From the NCBI GenBank assembly GCA_025830695.1, contig GCA_025830695.1_4111.2: a stretch of DNA of 64,000 nucleotides; one strand, given 5' to 3'. Within the stretch, counting starts at the first letter, position 1. Every line of letters begins with the position of its first letter. Below the pieces are notes generated by a model, which was not told the DNA's origin, searched no databases, and saw only the letters and a list, made by a program, of their open reading frames with translations. The stretch comes from a phage. A program made the translations under genes and the position numbers. Shown piece after piece: positions 1 through 9,853 of the stretch.

Positions 1-1
1 A

Positions 2-343
2 GACTTCCGTGCTATCTTTAATAGTAATGATGATATTCTACCAAGTGGACGTCCACGTCCTGAGTCTTATCTTATGCATCCATCTTATGGTGTAGCAGAT
101 ACGCTTGAACAGATTATGAATAAGTACAAGAACCTAATTGAAGGTCCAGAAGAAATTGTCCTGTGCTATCACCCAGTACTGAAGTCTGAACAACCAAAGG
201 ATGGTGGATGGCGTTGGCATAAGAATGGTGAGTATATCGGTACTAAACGAAGTAAAGAACGTTTTGAGTACTTGTATGATGAGCCAGATGTTGATGTGGT
301 TTTGTGTTATAATTTTATTAAGGTGAAAAAGAAATGTATCTAG
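2..343 (+). CDS. hypothetical protein, 5' end outside window
   Basis: Frame open from window start to stop at 343; track ORF 74..343 is the internal-ATG version. Confidence 0.5.
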   Translation, partial: DFRAIFNSNDDILPSGRPRPESYLMHPSYGVADTLEQIMNKYKNLIEGPEEIVLCYHPVLKSEQPKDGGWRWHKNGEYIGTKRSKERFEYLYDEPDVDVVLCYNFIKVKKKCI

Positions 344-576
344 TACTAAGTTTTGTTGTTGCACTATTGTTTATGTTCTATCCTACACTAGTGGCATTAG
401 CCACTAGACGAACGATGGTAGATCTCACTACTGTATTCTTGCTAAACGTGGCATTAGTACTGGTGTCTATTATCATTCCAGTGAGCTTTACAGTTATTGA
501 TATTATTTCGGTATTACTCTTCGTGTTAAGTTATCTTATGCTTATTGAAGAAACAAATGTTGACAAACGTTCGTAG
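334..576 (+). CDS. small membrane protein (80 aa)
   Basis: ORF overlaps upstream stop; hydrophobic throughout. Confidence 0.5.
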   Translation: MYLVLSFVVALLFMFYPTLVALATRRTMVDLTTVFLLNVALVLVSIIIPVSFTVIDIISVLLFVLSYLMLIEETNVDKRS

Positions 577-633
577 TACTGTATAATGGTTCCTGTAGTC
601 TGAAACTTAACACTTAAACTTGAGGTAAAAAAT

Positions 634-960
634 ATGCTATCAGTACTAATTTCAATTCCGTCTTTAATTCTGATTTGGCTTCTGGTTTACGAATGCTTCA
701 TTACTGATGATAATGATAAAAAAGAGTTCTCTGAGTTGTTTATGCTTGATTCACCAATTGTACGTATTTTCTATACAGTCGTTGTGGTTTCAGTAATTGT
801 ATGGGTTTTGAGTTTTATCTTCCCACTCGGTGCAGTAGTTAAAACTTTGGATTTAGTTGAGAACTTTGTTGCAATTATGTGGCTAATCAAAGCACTATTT
901 GCAGGAAATGTTAAAATTTGGATTGATATTATCAAATTCAAGTTCACGAATAAGATGTAA
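634..960 (+). CDS. small membrane protein (108 aa)
   Basis: GAGGT SD upstream of ATG; two hydrophobic segments. Confidence 0.55.
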   Translation: MLSVLISIPSLILIWLLVYECFITDDNDKKEFSELFMLDSPIVRIFYTVVVVSVIVWVLSFIFPLGAVVKTLDLVENFVAIMWLIKALFAGNVKIWIDIIKFKFTNKM

Positions 961-1038
961 CAGTCAAAATACCTCTATAGTATTAAATACTTCTGTACTA
1001 TATATATGTACAGAAGTATTTCTCGTTAGAGGTTTGTT

Positions 1039-1398
1039 ATGAAAAGTTATATAAAATTAATAGCACTTGTGTGTGCATTATTTTCATGTTTTAGTTATGG
1101 TGCAGCAGCAGAAACATATTGTCGTAGTACTAAGGGAACGTGGCATGTATTGACTAACGACCCTAGAAATGGTAAAAATATAGTTGTTGATGGTGTGATT
1201 TATCGTTTTAAAGTAGAAAGTATTATCGGTAATAAAAAAATCTCGACTTATAGAGATGATTCTGGTACATTAGCAAACGTAATATTAATTGTAGACCCAA
1301 GAACTGGTAATGGTGATATCTATATAGTAATTTACTTGGACTCATCGGTACGCCGTGACCTAGATATAGATAAATTGAACTTACACTGTGAAATATAG
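1039..1398 (+). CDS. small secreted protein with signal peptide (119 aa)
   Basis: N-terminal MKSYIKLIALVCALFSCFSYGAAAE signal-like sequence. Confidence 0.6.
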   Translation: MKSYIKLIALVCALFSCFSYGAAAETYCRSTKGTWHVLTNDPRNGKNIVVDGVIYRFKVESIIGNKKISTYRDDSGTLANVILIVDPRTGNGDIYIVIYLDSSVRRDLDIDKLNLHCEI

Positions 1399-1409
1399 GA
1401 CTTAAAAAA

Positions 1410-1787
1410 ATGGTAAACACTATTTTACTTTTGTTGTTGAATATTCCAATTATTCTGTCTTTTTTAATTTCTATTTTTATGGCAGGATATTGTTTAGTTG
1501 CAGTAATTCATTTCATTTTAACAAACAAATATGTCCTAATTTCTAAGCTTGATTCTATTTTTGCTTGCGATTCGATTGCTTATAACTTGTGGTTAATTTG
1601 TTCTTGCATTATGGGAGTAACTTTCCTTCTGCATGTATTTGATGTCCTTGACCAAAAGTTCGTATATATCAGTACTGGATTGGCTCTTTATCCTGCTACG
1701 TGGTATTTGATTTACGTTGGTGATATATGGTATAGTACTTATAAAGAATATCAGTACAAGAAATCACTTAACGTTGGAGGAAAATAA
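1410..1787 (+). CDS. membrane protein (125 aa)
   Basis: Multiple hydrophobic segments; same-strand array. Confidence 0.55.
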   Translation: MVNTILLLLLNIPIILSFLISIFMAGYCLVAVIHFILTNKYVLISKLDSIFACDSIAYNLWLICSCIMGVTFLLHVFDVLDQKFVYISTGLALYPATWYLIYVGDIWYSTYKEYQYKKSLNVGGK

Positions 1788-1789
1788 TC

Positions 1790-2140
1790 ATGAAAATTAT
1801 TTTATTTTTTGTATGTATGTTAATGTGTGGATTGTCATATGCTGAACCATTGGAAGGTTTAGTTTGTACAGATGGTAATATTAAACATATCTATCAAGGT
1901 GATAGTGACGATAGAGATATTGTATATATTGATGGACAATCATATACGTTTGTTAAAGAGCATACAGTAGGCGACATTAGCTTCACTGAGTTTTCTAACG
2001 ACACAGACCCTAACTTCTTAGCGTTTATTGAAGTAGATGTATATGAAGATAGTAATGGCACACAATATGCTAAATTAGTTATGATGCGTCGTGGTGCTAA
2101 AGAAACTAGTTTTGGTGGCTTGTGTAAATATAAGGATTGA
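1790..2140 (+). CDS. small secreted protein with signal peptide (116 aa)
   Basis: GGAGG SD; N-terminal MKIILFFVCMLMCGLSYAEP. Confidence 0.6.
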   Translation: MKIILFFVCMLMCGLSYAEPLEGLVCTDGNIKHIYQGDSDDRDIVYIDGQSYTFVKEHTVGDISFTEFSNDTDPNFLAFIEVDVYEDSNGTQYAKLVMMRRGAKETSFGGLCKYKD

Positions 2141-2144
2141 TATT

Positions 2145-2336
2145 ATGTTGATTTATCAAAGTGATAATATTCGTGTTATGCAGCATCCCTACTTACAAAT
2201 CTTTGATGTGCAGCAGTATATGGAAGGTGATGACCCAAGAACCTATGGTCGTAAGTATGATTACTTCACTGTAAAGCAGTGTAAAAATATTAACGAAGTA
2301 CGACAATTAGTTCAAGAACTTCAAAACAAAGGTTGA
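2145..2336 (+). CDS. hypothetical protein (63 aa)
   Basis: In-frame ATG after AAGGA; stop lies inside terminator stem. Confidence 0.45.
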   Translation: MLIYQSDNIRVMQHPYLQIFDVQQYMEGDDPRTYGRKYDYFTVKQCKNINEVRQLVQELQNKG

Positions 2337-2354
2337 CTTCGGTCAGCCTTTTTT
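2331..2354 (+). terminator. intrinsic terminator GGTTGACTTCGGTCAGCC + T-tract; TTGACT in stem doubles as -35 for TATAAT 18 nt downstream
   Basis: 7-bp stem, UUCG tetraloop, T6 run; TATAAT at 2357-2362. Confidence 0.8.
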
Positions 2355-2390
2355 GTTATAATTCTCTTAATAAATTAGAGGATTTTAATT

Positions 2391-2831
2391 ATGTATGTAT
2401 ATCGTTTTGAACTTAAATTTAGTTACATTGAACCTAACTTAGATCCTGCACGAACTGTAGGTCCGTTTGCACGGTATTCAACCAGATACAGTACTAAAAA
2501 TGGATTTGACCGTTTGCTTATGACTACACCTTCTCAATTCCAACCTGAACCAACTGAGGATGGGATCTATTCAATCAAAAGTGGATGGGTATTTGGCTGT
2601 CAAAGTTTGAAAGATTTGTTCAGATTCTTCACTATGGACTTGGGTAAATTGCATCGTGCTGGGTTTGCTATATCTGTATATGAAGTTCCAGACCACCATG
2701 TAGACATTGGTCGTAATCAGGTTCAGTACTATTGCGGTAGTGCTAAATTAGTTCGTATCATGTCAGTTAAGGAAGCAAAGGATGAGTTCCGACAAAGTAA
2801 AAGAGAAACACATGAGGTAATATATGGATAA
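2391..2831 (+). CDS. hypothetical protein (146 aa)
   Basis: ORF with AGAGGA SD. Confidence 0.6.
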   Translation: MYVYRFELKFSYIEPNLDPARTVGPFARYSTRYSTKNGFDRLLMTTPSQFQPEPTEDGIYSIKSGWVFGCQSLKDLFRFFTMDLGKLHRAGFAISVYEVPDHHVDIGRNQVQYYCGSAKLVRIMSVKEAKDEFRQSKRETHEVIYG

Positions 2832-3168
2832 AACTCAAATAGAATTAAAGAAATTTGTTTCATTCTATCTTCCTGATGACCCACGTAATTCACAAAAAGA
2901 TATTGAATATTATAATATCCTATCTAAACAGTTAATGAGAAAGTTTCAACAGTGTTTAACTATATTCAATACAGATGGAAGACGTAGATACCGAATCGTT
3001 TCAATGAATGATGAAAACGCAAATTTCTTTGATTACGATGTGGTTTTTAGAGCATATAATGATGATCGTATAAAATTAAATTATGATCAAATTATACTTG
3101 ACCTGAATGTTATATGTGTTATAATCACTCACGTAGCCGAACTTAATGGTTTTAAAGAATGGTATTGA
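2824..3168 (+). CDS. hypothetical protein (114 aa)
   Basis: ORF overlapping upstream stop (coupled). Confidence 0.55.
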   Translation: MDKTQIELKKFVSFYLPDDPRNSQKDIEYYNILSKQLMRKFQQCLTIFNTDGRRRYRIVSMNDENANFFDYDVVFRAYNDDRIKLNYDQIILDLNVICVIITHVAELNGFKEWY

Positions 3169-3182
3169 ATAGAGGATAACAT

Positions 3183-3449
3183 ATGAAGCTTAAATTACAA
3201 TATAATGGATTTACTTTACGTAATGATACTGAATTTATTAATCGTTCTCCTGGTGCTGAACTGTTTTTACGAGAGATGAACATTCCTTTCATCATTACTA
3301 CAGTGGGCGACCGTGAAGTTCTACAATACGCAGAGCATCCGATCATTGATGTTCCTTGGTACTCTGAGCATATGTACATGGATATGGCACGTCGCTACAA
3401 CTGTAAGTTCGTAGTTGAAGGTGATAAAATTACAGTCGAATTTAAATAA
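3183..3449 (+). CDS. hypothetical protein (88 aa)
   Basis: ORF with GAGGA SD. Confidence 0.55.
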   Translation: MKLKLQYNGFTLRNDTEFINRSPGAELFLREMNIPFIITTVGDREVLQYAEHPIIDVPWYSEHMYMDMARRYNCKFVVEGDKITVEFK

Positions 3450-3460
3450 GGTAAATTAAA

Positions 3461-3754
3461 ATGATCAGTACTTCAGTTAATGAAAGCATCGTCGCTGACG
3501 TAGAAATGGTTAAAGAATGTGCAGATGAAACTCTTCGTGATATGTACATTAATGATTTAATTACTGAATACGGTAGTCGTGGTGTACACGAATTTATTCG
3601 TTTAAGTGGAGAGTTGATGAAAAATCGAATTCGTATGAAGCTTAACGTACATCCAAAAGCATGGGCATTTACATTAAAATACGCAGAAGATATTGTGAAT
3701 TTGCGTCGAACTGAAGTATATGAACGTTTGCACAATGGTATGTTAGATAAATGA
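3461..3754 (+). CDS. hypothetical protein (97 aa)
   Basis: ORF with AAGG SD. Confidence 0.55.
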   Translation: MISTSVNESIVADVEMVKECADETLRDMYINDLITEYGSRGVHEFIRLSGELMKNRIRMKLNVHPKAWAFTLKYAEDIVNLRRTEVYERLHNGMLDK

Positions 3755-3764
3755 TTGTAAAATA

Positions 3765-3789
3765 GGAATTCTTAAATGAATTCCTTTTT
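3765..3789 (+). terminator. intrinsic terminator (GGAATTC-TTAAAT-GAATTCC + T5)
   Basis: Perfect 7-bp inverted repeat followed by TTTTT. Confidence 0.65.
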
Positions 3790-3806
3790 GTTTATAAGGT
3801 ATAGTA

Positions 3807-4028
3807 ATGAAATATATAGTACTTGTACTGATATTATTCAGTACTGTTGTAAGTGCTAAACAAAAAGAATATGTTAAATGTATAAATTATGAAGAGAAAT
3901 ATGTTGAAACATATAAAAAAAGTATAATTAAAAACGTTTCGATTACTAACAGAGCAACAATCATTGTACTTAAAAATGGGTTAATTATGCTATATAAACC
4001 ACACGTTAAATGTGAAATTATTAATTGA
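3807..4028 (+). CDS. small secreted protein with signal peptide (73 aa)
   Basis: N-terminal MKYIVLVLILFSTVVSAKQ. Confidence 0.55.
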   Translation: MKYIVLVLILFSTVVSAKQKEYVKCINYEEKYVETYKKSIIKNVSITNRATIIVLKNGLIMLYKPHVKCEIIN

Positions 4029-4035
4029 GGAAATT

Positions 4036-4608
4036 ATGAATCGTAAAGGTCGTTTTAAAGTATCAAAAAAGAACAAAAGTTCTAGGTTTAAACCTATTGT
4101 TTTAACAGTTAAATCTAACAAAGAATTAACTGCACTTAGTAAAAAAATAATTTCATCTAAGATTGAAGTATCATACGTAAATTCATTAAAATATATGAAT
4201 GTAAAACCACTGGACAAACTCATTTCACTTATATTTCAGCGTAATGATTTTGAGATATCAGTAGATGATTATAGAGCCTATAATACTGGTTTCATTAATG
4301 TTACTTGTAGTAAAGAACTAACTGAGTTGGAAAACTTGTCATGTATAGTAAATCTAGATAAAGGTGTAGTGAAATACAATTTTGTACATTTTACTAATAT
4401 TAATAATGGCATGGGTGTACAATCCAGACCTATAGTACCTACATGTGATGTTACTAAATTAGCAAAGCTCAATGATGAAGAATATTTTCAAGAAAGTATT
4501 GTGACTGAGCATTTAGATGATATAATAGCTACTTACAAAGAGTGCATATGGGTTTTGAATGCTATAAAGCCTAAATTGTGTTTAATGAATATTGTTCGTG
4601 ATTTATGA
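4036..4608 (+). CDS. hypothetical protein (190 aa), EEYFQESxV-motif family
   Basis: ATG after GAGG SD; shares EEYFQESIV motif with genes at 61029, 61339, 62045. Confidence 0.55.
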   Translation: MNRKGRFKVSKKNKSSRFKPIVLTVKSNKELTALSKKIISSKIEVSYVNSLKYMNVKPLDKLISLIFQRNDFEISVDDYRAYNTGFINVTCSKELTELENLSCIVNLDKGVVKYNFVHFTNINNGMGVQSRPIVPTCDVTKLAKLNDEEYFQESIVTEHLDDIIATYKECIWVLNAIKPKLCLMNIVRDL

Positions 4609-4621
4609 ATAGGGAATCGTA

Positions 4622-5065
4622 ATGAGTTGGGTAAATGTTAATAGTATTGAACTTAACGAACAAGATATTTTTGCATTTGTAAATTTAACCAATAATACAG
4701 TACTAAAAGGGCGTTTGTTCAGTGCGAGTGATGGATATAAATGGATCTCTTTGATGGATGATAGTGGTGTGATTTATAATGTAATGCAATTACCCCAATG
4801 GGTATATAGTAACACTGCCGACGATGTTCTTGCCGCAGTTATGCGTGAGTTTGAAAAACTCCCAGGTGGTGATATCAAAAACAAAGTTTTTAATGCAGAA
4901 CGTAAAAATTATACAGCACAGCAGTTGGAATCCCTTGCCATTGCTGCTTATCAAGCTGCTATTAAGAAGCCAGAGTGCGTTATTCTTAAGTATGTACCAG
5001 ACTTAAAACTTACGTTGGAAGACATGGATGCATTCATTTTTACATCTGAACTTGATCAGTACTAA
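4622..5065 (+). CDS. hypothetical protein (147 aa)
   Basis: ORF with GGGAA SD. Confidence 0.55.
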   Translation: MSWVNVNSIELNEQDIFAFVNLTNNTVLKGRLFSASDGYKWISLMDDSGVIYNVMQLPQWVYSNTADDVLAAVMREFEKLPGGDIKNKVFNAERKNYTAQQLESLAIAAYQAAIKKPECVILKYVPDLKLTLEDMDAFIFTSELDQY

Positions 5066-5180
5066 TTTAACTTTGGGACAACCATTCTTATTATGATATA
5101 ATGTTTTATGTCATTCGATATAAATGACAACGGAACTATAAATATTATAGTAAAATTTATCTCTTATAGGAGTTATAAAA

Positions 5181-5564
5181 ATGGTTGATAAATGGAATAA
5201 GAAAGATCCATCACATGATGTTGATATTTCTGGTCTAGACAATGCACATAAGCACAAGTATCTAGATTCACTAGGTCTTCTAAAACCGGACCAAAGTCTT
5301 GCACATGATCGTCCATCCCGTGAAAAAGCATTTAGCCTAGAATCACTAGGTCATGAGCTTAATCGTGTGTTTGAGGATCACCCAATCTATGTACGTGATA
5401 TTATCGAGAAACTTAAAGTAACTCCTAAAGAGCACTTTAAAGCAACAGTACACTCTGCATTCCGTGCATTGCATGATTCTCTCAAGAAAACTCACAATCT
5501 TCGTAAAATTCATGATGAAATCGTGAATGCAATCGAAAGTGAAAAACATAAGTTCAAGAAGTAA
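5181..5564 (+). CDS. hypothetical protein (127 aa), paralog of N-terminus of 5811 gene
   Basis: AGGAG SD; shares LDSLGLL and KxxVTPKE motifs with 5811..7364. Confidence 0.6.
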   Translation: MVDKWNKKDPSHDVDISGLDNAHKHKYLDSLGLLKPDQSLAHDRPSREKAFSLESLGHELNRVFEDHPIYVRDIIEKLKVTPKEHFKATVHSAFRALHDSLKKTHNLRKIHDEIVNAIESEKHKFKK

Positions 5565-5570
5565 TAAAAA

Positions 5571-5597
5571 GGGGTTGACTAAGGTCAGCCCTTTGTT
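5571..5597 (+). terminator. intrinsic terminator variant (GGGGTTGACTAAGGTCAGCCC)
   Basis: Inverted repeat with T-rich tail. Confidence 0.65.
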
Positions 5598-5633
5598 GTA
5601 TCATAACTTCTCAATATAACTGAGGTATCATAT

Positions 5634-5747
5634 ATGCAAGGTTTGAAATTTGTAGTTGCTGCACTCATCGCCGCAGTACTGGTTGGTGGTGTATTCTATG
5701 TAGTGGATCAAAAAGTAAATCCACCTGCACAAGAACAATCTAAGTAA
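5634..5747 (+). CDS. micro membrane peptide (37 aa) between two terminators
   Basis: GAGGT SD; single hydrophobic helix; below the 60-aa track cutoff. Confidence 0.4.
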   Translation: MQGLKFVVAALIAAVLVGGVFYVVDQKVNPPAQEQSK

Positions 5748-5755
5748 CAAAATAA

Positions 5756-5781
5756 GGTTGACTTCGGTCAGCCTTTTCTTT
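5756..5781 (+). terminator. intrinsic terminator GGTTGACTTCGGTCAGCC + T-tract
   Basis: UUCG-tetraloop hairpin plus T-rich tail. Confidence 0.8.
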
Positions 5782-5810
5782 ATACTATAAATATAGACAT
5801 AGAGAAAAAA

Positions 5811-7364
5811 ATGAAATCTATGGAGAGAAATCAAATGCCAAGTAATTTTACTGATAAAAATGGTGGTAACATGGCTGGTCACTCGGATAAATGGAGTGAA
5901 CGCAACCGCCGACCAAATAGTTATCAAGCAGGTCAAGGTTCACGTGGATCACGTAACCAAGGAACTGGTCTAGCTGGTAAAGCAAACGCAGAAGCAGGTG
6001 AAGTTAAGAGTACTGAGAACATGACTGAGCTAGAAAAGCTACGTTATGTTAATTCATTGGGACTTCTTAATGCTACACAAAAACAACGCCTAGCTGATAT
6101 GGAACGTGAAGAAAAAGAAAAGTCTTCTCCTGCGAAAGAAGAACCAAAACAAGAAGCACCAAAGGCGGTTAACCCTGTCAAAGAATTGTCTGATAAGTTA
6201 GGTAAGATTTTTGCTAATAAACCACAACTTATCCAAGGTATTGTGAAAGAATTGCAATCTGTACCTAAAGAAGAATTAAAAGTCAAAGCACAAGCTGTAC
6301 TTGATGCAATGAGTGGAAATACCAGTACTGAACCAACTGAAGTATTCAGTACTATAATGCGTGCACTTGAAGGTACGCAACAAGGTGATGTGCCTGCACA
6401 AGAGGAAGTAAGTCTTGAAAGCGTACTTAAAACATTTGATAGTATTGGTAAAGAAGACCGTGCTAATGCTCAACAAGTTAAGAATGTACTAGCTAAGTTA
6501 GAAAACCGTCTGGAAGGTAAAGACGATAAGATTAAATTAGTATCTGATGCAGTTAACGATGCACTTAAATCTTATGTACAAGGTGAAAAGAGTCGTTTTG
6601 TAACTGCAATGGATGCTGCATTCAATACTATGAAAAAGTATGAAGCTGATCACGGTGAGAAGGTTACACGAGATGGTTATCTGATGCGTGATGATGAAGA
6701 AGGTGCAGTTGACCAGAAAGATGCTGAAACATCTCATGATGATTTACCTGATACTGTTGATATGGATGGTTACATTCATCGTCCAGAAATGGGAGAGTTT
6801 GGTTCTGACAAAGAAGGATTTGAACATGCAATGGCAGTGTACAAAGCTCTCGTGGACAATCCAGATTATGCCAACCGATTTGTAGATGAGTTTGATAGTG
6901 CATGGAACAACTACAAAGACAAAGGTTATGACTTCCCTGCTGAGGCAGCATTCTTTGAACTTGGTAAACTATTAGCTAAACATGGAATTGATGTAGGTTC
7001 TAAAGATGGTACTGATACTGATGGCATGGAAGCAGAATTGGCTAAAGATCGTGAAATGAACGACAACTCCATTCATGAACTCCAAAAGCTAATGATGTGG
7101 ATATCCGATATTGGTAAAAAAGCTGGTGCTGATAATAAGAGTATCAACAAAAACATTAGTTGGATTAAAAGTAATGTTGGTAAAAATGCTCGTAAACTAC
7201 AAAAAGCATGGACTGATTTAGTAAATGGTGCTGATGATGTTGACATTGAATCACCTGAAGCATACGAATATGCATTAACTACTCTTGATAATTCCTTTAA
7301 AGATTACGATAACGGTAACGTAACTCATTGGGAAAAGGACATCATGAGCAAATACGGTAAATGA
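5811..7364 (+). CDS. large acidic hypothetical protein (517 aa)
   Basis: Longest plus-strand ORF; D/E/K-rich. Confidence 0.7.
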   Translation: MKSMERNQMPSNFTDKNGGNMAGHSDKWSERNRRPNSYQAGQGSRGSRNQGTGLAGKANAEAGEVKSTENMTELEKLRYVNSLGLLNATQKQRLADMEREEKEKSSPAKEEPKQEAPKAVNPVKELSDKLGKIFANKPQLIQGIVKELQSVPKEELKVKAQAVLDAMSGNTSTEPTEVFSTIMRALEGTQQGDVPAQEEVSLESVLKTFDSIGKEDRANAQQVKNVLAKLENRLEGKDDKIKLVSDAVNDALKSYVQGEKSRFVTAMDAAFNTMKKYEADHGEKVTRDGYLMRDDEEGAVDQKDAETSHDDLPDTVDMDGYIHRPEMGEFGSDKEGFEHAMAVYKALVDNPDYANRFVDEFDSAWNNYKDKGYDFPAEAAFFELGKLLAKHGIDVGSKDGTDTDGMEAELAKDREMNDNSIHELQKLMMWISDIGKKAGADNKSINKNISWIKSNVGKNARKLQKAWTDLVNGADDVDIESPEAYEYALTTLDNSFKDYDNGNVTHWEKDIMSKYGK

Positions 7365-7374
7365 TAAAACTAAA

Positions 7375-7399
7375 GGTTGACTTCGGTCAGCCTTTTTTT
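7375..7399 (+). terminator. intrinsic terminator GGTTGACTTCGGTCAGCC + T7
   Basis: Hairpin plus T-tract right after stop. Confidence 0.85.
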
Positions 7400-7434
7400 G
7401 TAAATACAAAAGAGGAATTAAGAAGAGGATTACA

Positions 7435-7686
7435 ATGAAAAAATATATTATATTTGGAATTGTATTATTTTCCAGTACTGCTTATGGTGCAGATTATCAT
7501 TGCTCCGTAGCAAGGCAGGATTTCAGAAATGGGGAGTTCTATACTACCTCATACACAAAAGGAATAATACACGACACCGACAGAACTATTGGATTTAATG
7601 CGTTTGACAACAAAGATTCATATACTTCAGGTATACTATCTGAGCGTAAGACTGATGTAATGGGAATAGAAAAAGAGTTCCGGTGA
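7435..7686 (+). CDS. small secreted protein with signal peptide (83 aa)
   Basis: N-terminal MKKYIIFGIVLFSSTAYGADY. Confidence 0.55.
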   Translation: MKKYIIFGIVLFSSTAYGADYHCSVARQDFRNGEFYTTSYTKGIIHDTDRTIGFNAFDNKDSYTSGILSERKTDVMGIEKEFR

Positions 7687-7696
7687 TTCAGTAGCA

Positions 7697-8020
7697 ATGT
7701 GCAATGACATTGAAAGTACTAAAACAATTTATTATAATAATGAACGTAACTATCGTTTTCATAATTTAACCACAAATAAAAGTTTACTATTTTACAATTG
7801 TAAAGAAGTAATACTCCCATCAGACAATAGCTGTACTCCAACTAATCAACCCCCAGCACAATGTAATACTCCCTCTGAACCTGATAAAAATAAAAAAGAC
7901 AAAGATAAAGATAAAAAAGAAGACAAAAAACCTTTAAAAGATAAAAAGAAAGATAAAAAACCTAATCCGTTTAAAAATAATAAACAAGCACAACCCGATA
8001 TGACGTGTAAAATAAAATAA
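7697..8020 (+). CDS. low-complexity K/D-repeat protein (107 aa)
   Basis: C-terminal KDKDKDKKEDKK repeats. Confidence 0.45.
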   Translation: MCNDIESTKTIYYNNERNYRFHNLTTNKSLLFYNCKEVILPSDNSCTPTNQPPAQCNTPSEPDKNKKDKDKDKKEDKKPLKDKKKDKKPNPFKNNKQAQPDMTCKIK

Positions 8021-8029
8021 GGATATATA

Positions 8030-8449
8030 ATGAAAAAGATTTTTTTAAGTATTATTTTAGTACTTTTTAGTTTTAATGTATATGCAGCAGATGCTAAACA
8101 GGTTGCAAATACAGTAAAAGATGTTATAGTAGATAATGCTCCTACATTAGAGGAAATTGGGGTAAAAACTTGTGATATAGTAATATATAATTTAGTTAAT
8201 GATGAACGAGTTATGTTGAATACGTATGAACAAGTAGTTCCATTGGTTGAATCTGGTGATGCTTTTAGCTTTACATATAAAGTTAAATTAACAGGAGGGG
8301 TTGAAGTTAATCTTGACATTGATACCGCTTCAGTACTAAAAGATAAACTAGGATATGTGTTCAATCGTATTCGTGAAGAAGGTCATCTTAAGTATGTTTA
8401 TGAAAGTAAAATACTAAAACGTGCAATAGTTATAGAAAACTGTAAATGA
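8030..8449 (+). CDS. small secreted protein with signal peptide (139 aa)
   Basis: N-terminal MKKIFLSIILVLFSFNVYAADA. Confidence 0.6.
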   Translation: MKKIFLSIILVLFSFNVYAADAKQVANTVKDVIVDNAPTLEEIGVKTCDIVIYNLVNDERVMLNTYEQVVPLVESGDAFSFTYKVKLTGGVEVNLDIDTASVLKDKLGYVFNRIREEGHLKYVYESKILKRAIVIENCK

Positions 8450-8457
8450 TAATAAAA

Positions 8458-8482
8458 GGGTTGACTTCGGTCAGCCTTTTTT
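8458..8482 (+). terminator. intrinsic terminator GGGTTGACTTCGGTCAGCC + T6; stem TTGACT 18 nt upstream of TATGAT
   Basis: Hairpin plus T-tract; TATGAT at 8485-8490. Confidence 0.85.
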
Positions 8483-8518
8483 GTTATGATGTTGGTATTA
8501 ACTACAGAGGATAAAGTA

Positions 8519-9160
8519 ATGACTAAGCAAGAAATATTCAAAACTTTAATTGACATTTTGCGTCCATCAAAAACTCGTTGTGCGATGGAGTTTGATATTC
8601 CTTATGCTGAACGCGTAATCTTTCCACAAGTTAAAGCTGCTGGACTTACTTTGCTTGGAATGGGGATGTACTCTGTAGTAGTTGAACATAAAAACTATCC
8701 TGGACGTGCATTTAAAGTAACCACTTCACGCTGGGATGGTTTTCGTGCTTATGCAAAGTACTGCATTGAAAACGCAGGAACCAAGTTTCTTCCAGTGATC
8801 TACAGTGCAAACGAACAAGGAAACTTTGGATGGTATGAGATGGACAAGTACTATCCTATAATTAAACAAAAAAATAATTATGATGACTTTGTTAGTACTA
8901 AAATTGGAGATTTATATTCTTATGCACATGCTGGTCAGTACGCTACTTCAGTGAATGATATGCGTGGTAATTCTGAAGAGATTGCTATTGCGACGGTCGC
9001 TGCTAACATCATGAAAGAGTTTCACGGGCGTTTTGTACCAGACATTCATTCCAGTAATGTCATGATGGATAAAGATGGCAATGTATTCATTACTGATCCT
9101 CTTTCGTGTGATGTACGTAGAGAAATACCAGTTACTGAAGAAGATCCAGTTTTTTATTGA
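8519..9160 (+). CDS. kinase-like motif protein (213 aa)
   Basis: GAGGA SD; GMGMYSVVV...AFKV and DIHSSN...ITDP resemble kinase Gly-loop and catalytic-loop motifs. Confidence 0.5.
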   Translation: MTKQEIFKTLIDILRPSKTRCAMEFDIPYAERVIFPQVKAAGLTLLGMGMYSVVVEHKNYPGRAFKVTTSRWDGFRAYAKYCIENAGTKFLPVIYSANEQGNFGWYEMDKYYPIIKQKNNYDDFVSTKIGDLYSYAHAGQYATSVNDMRGNSEEIAIATVAANIMKEFHGRFVPDIHSSNVMMDKDGNVFITDPLSCDVRREIPVTEEDPVFY

Positions 9161-9221
9161 CAGAACTGATGTTCTGGTGTATTCTTAATAAACCATAAAA
9201 ATTGCGGTAAAGGATAAAATC

Positions 9222-9503
9222 ATGCGTTCATTTGAAAAATTAATAGGTAAGCATCTTTTATCTGAAATTGATGCAGACGTTAAAGAATTATCCAAATCAA
9301 AAAGTTACATTCATTTGGATGAACTGTTTATTAAGTACGGTGAGATTGGTTTTAAGTCATTATTTGTTTTTACTATGAAAGTACATAGTTTAAAGTACTT
9401 CGATTTGAGTTCTAAAGATGGTGAACCGAATCTATATTACATGTATTACCTTAAGAACAAAGATGAAGCTAATACATTACTCTCTGAATATATATTGGGG
9501 TAA
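9222..9503 (+). CDS. hypothetical protein (93 aa)
   Basis: ORF with AAAGGA SD. Confidence 0.55.
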   Translation: MRSFEKLIGKHLLSEIDADVKELSKSKSYIHLDELFIKYGEIGFKSLFVFTMKVHSLKYFDLSSKDGEPNLYYMYYLKNKDEANTLLSEYILG

Positions 9504-9505
9504 AA

Positions 9506-9844
9506 ATGGAACAATATTTTGAATTAATAAACAAAGTATCATTTTATGTAGTATCTTTGGTTTGGGTGTATTATATGTTTTGCTACATTATTGCATTCTT
9601 CCGATACACTACTTTATATGAACGTATCTACTATGATGCCCCAATTTCATTCTTGATGTTTTGTGCATGTACGTGGGGAATATTAGAAGTACTGATATGT
9701 GGGTATAGTACTGATGAATTAAATCTGGTATCGGTCTTGACTGGGTTTTCATTTGTTGTTATGATAGCTGCCGTTCCAGTATGGTTGTTCTTTGGACTAG
9801 TTCATCGCATTGATATATGGCGTTCTAATATCCCTGAAAAGTAA
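9506..9844 (+). CDS. small membrane protein, paralog family M1 (112 aa)
   Basis: Three TM-like segments; C-terminal NIPEK tail. Confidence 0.55.
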   Translation: MEQYFELINKVSFYVVSLVWVYYMFCYIIAFFRYTTLYERIYYDAPISFLMFCACTWGILEVLICGYSTDELNLVSVLTGFSFVVMIAAVPVWLFFGLVHRIDIWRSNIPEK

Positions 9845-9853
9845 GGATTGGTA

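Noticed and set aside
5346-8364. Opposite-strand ORFs inside plus-strand genes (5346..5549, 5628..5936, 6044..6286, 6276..6476, 6537..6737, 6664..6951, 7846..8364)
   Set aside because: Embedded antisense in better-supported genes, with no SD sequences.
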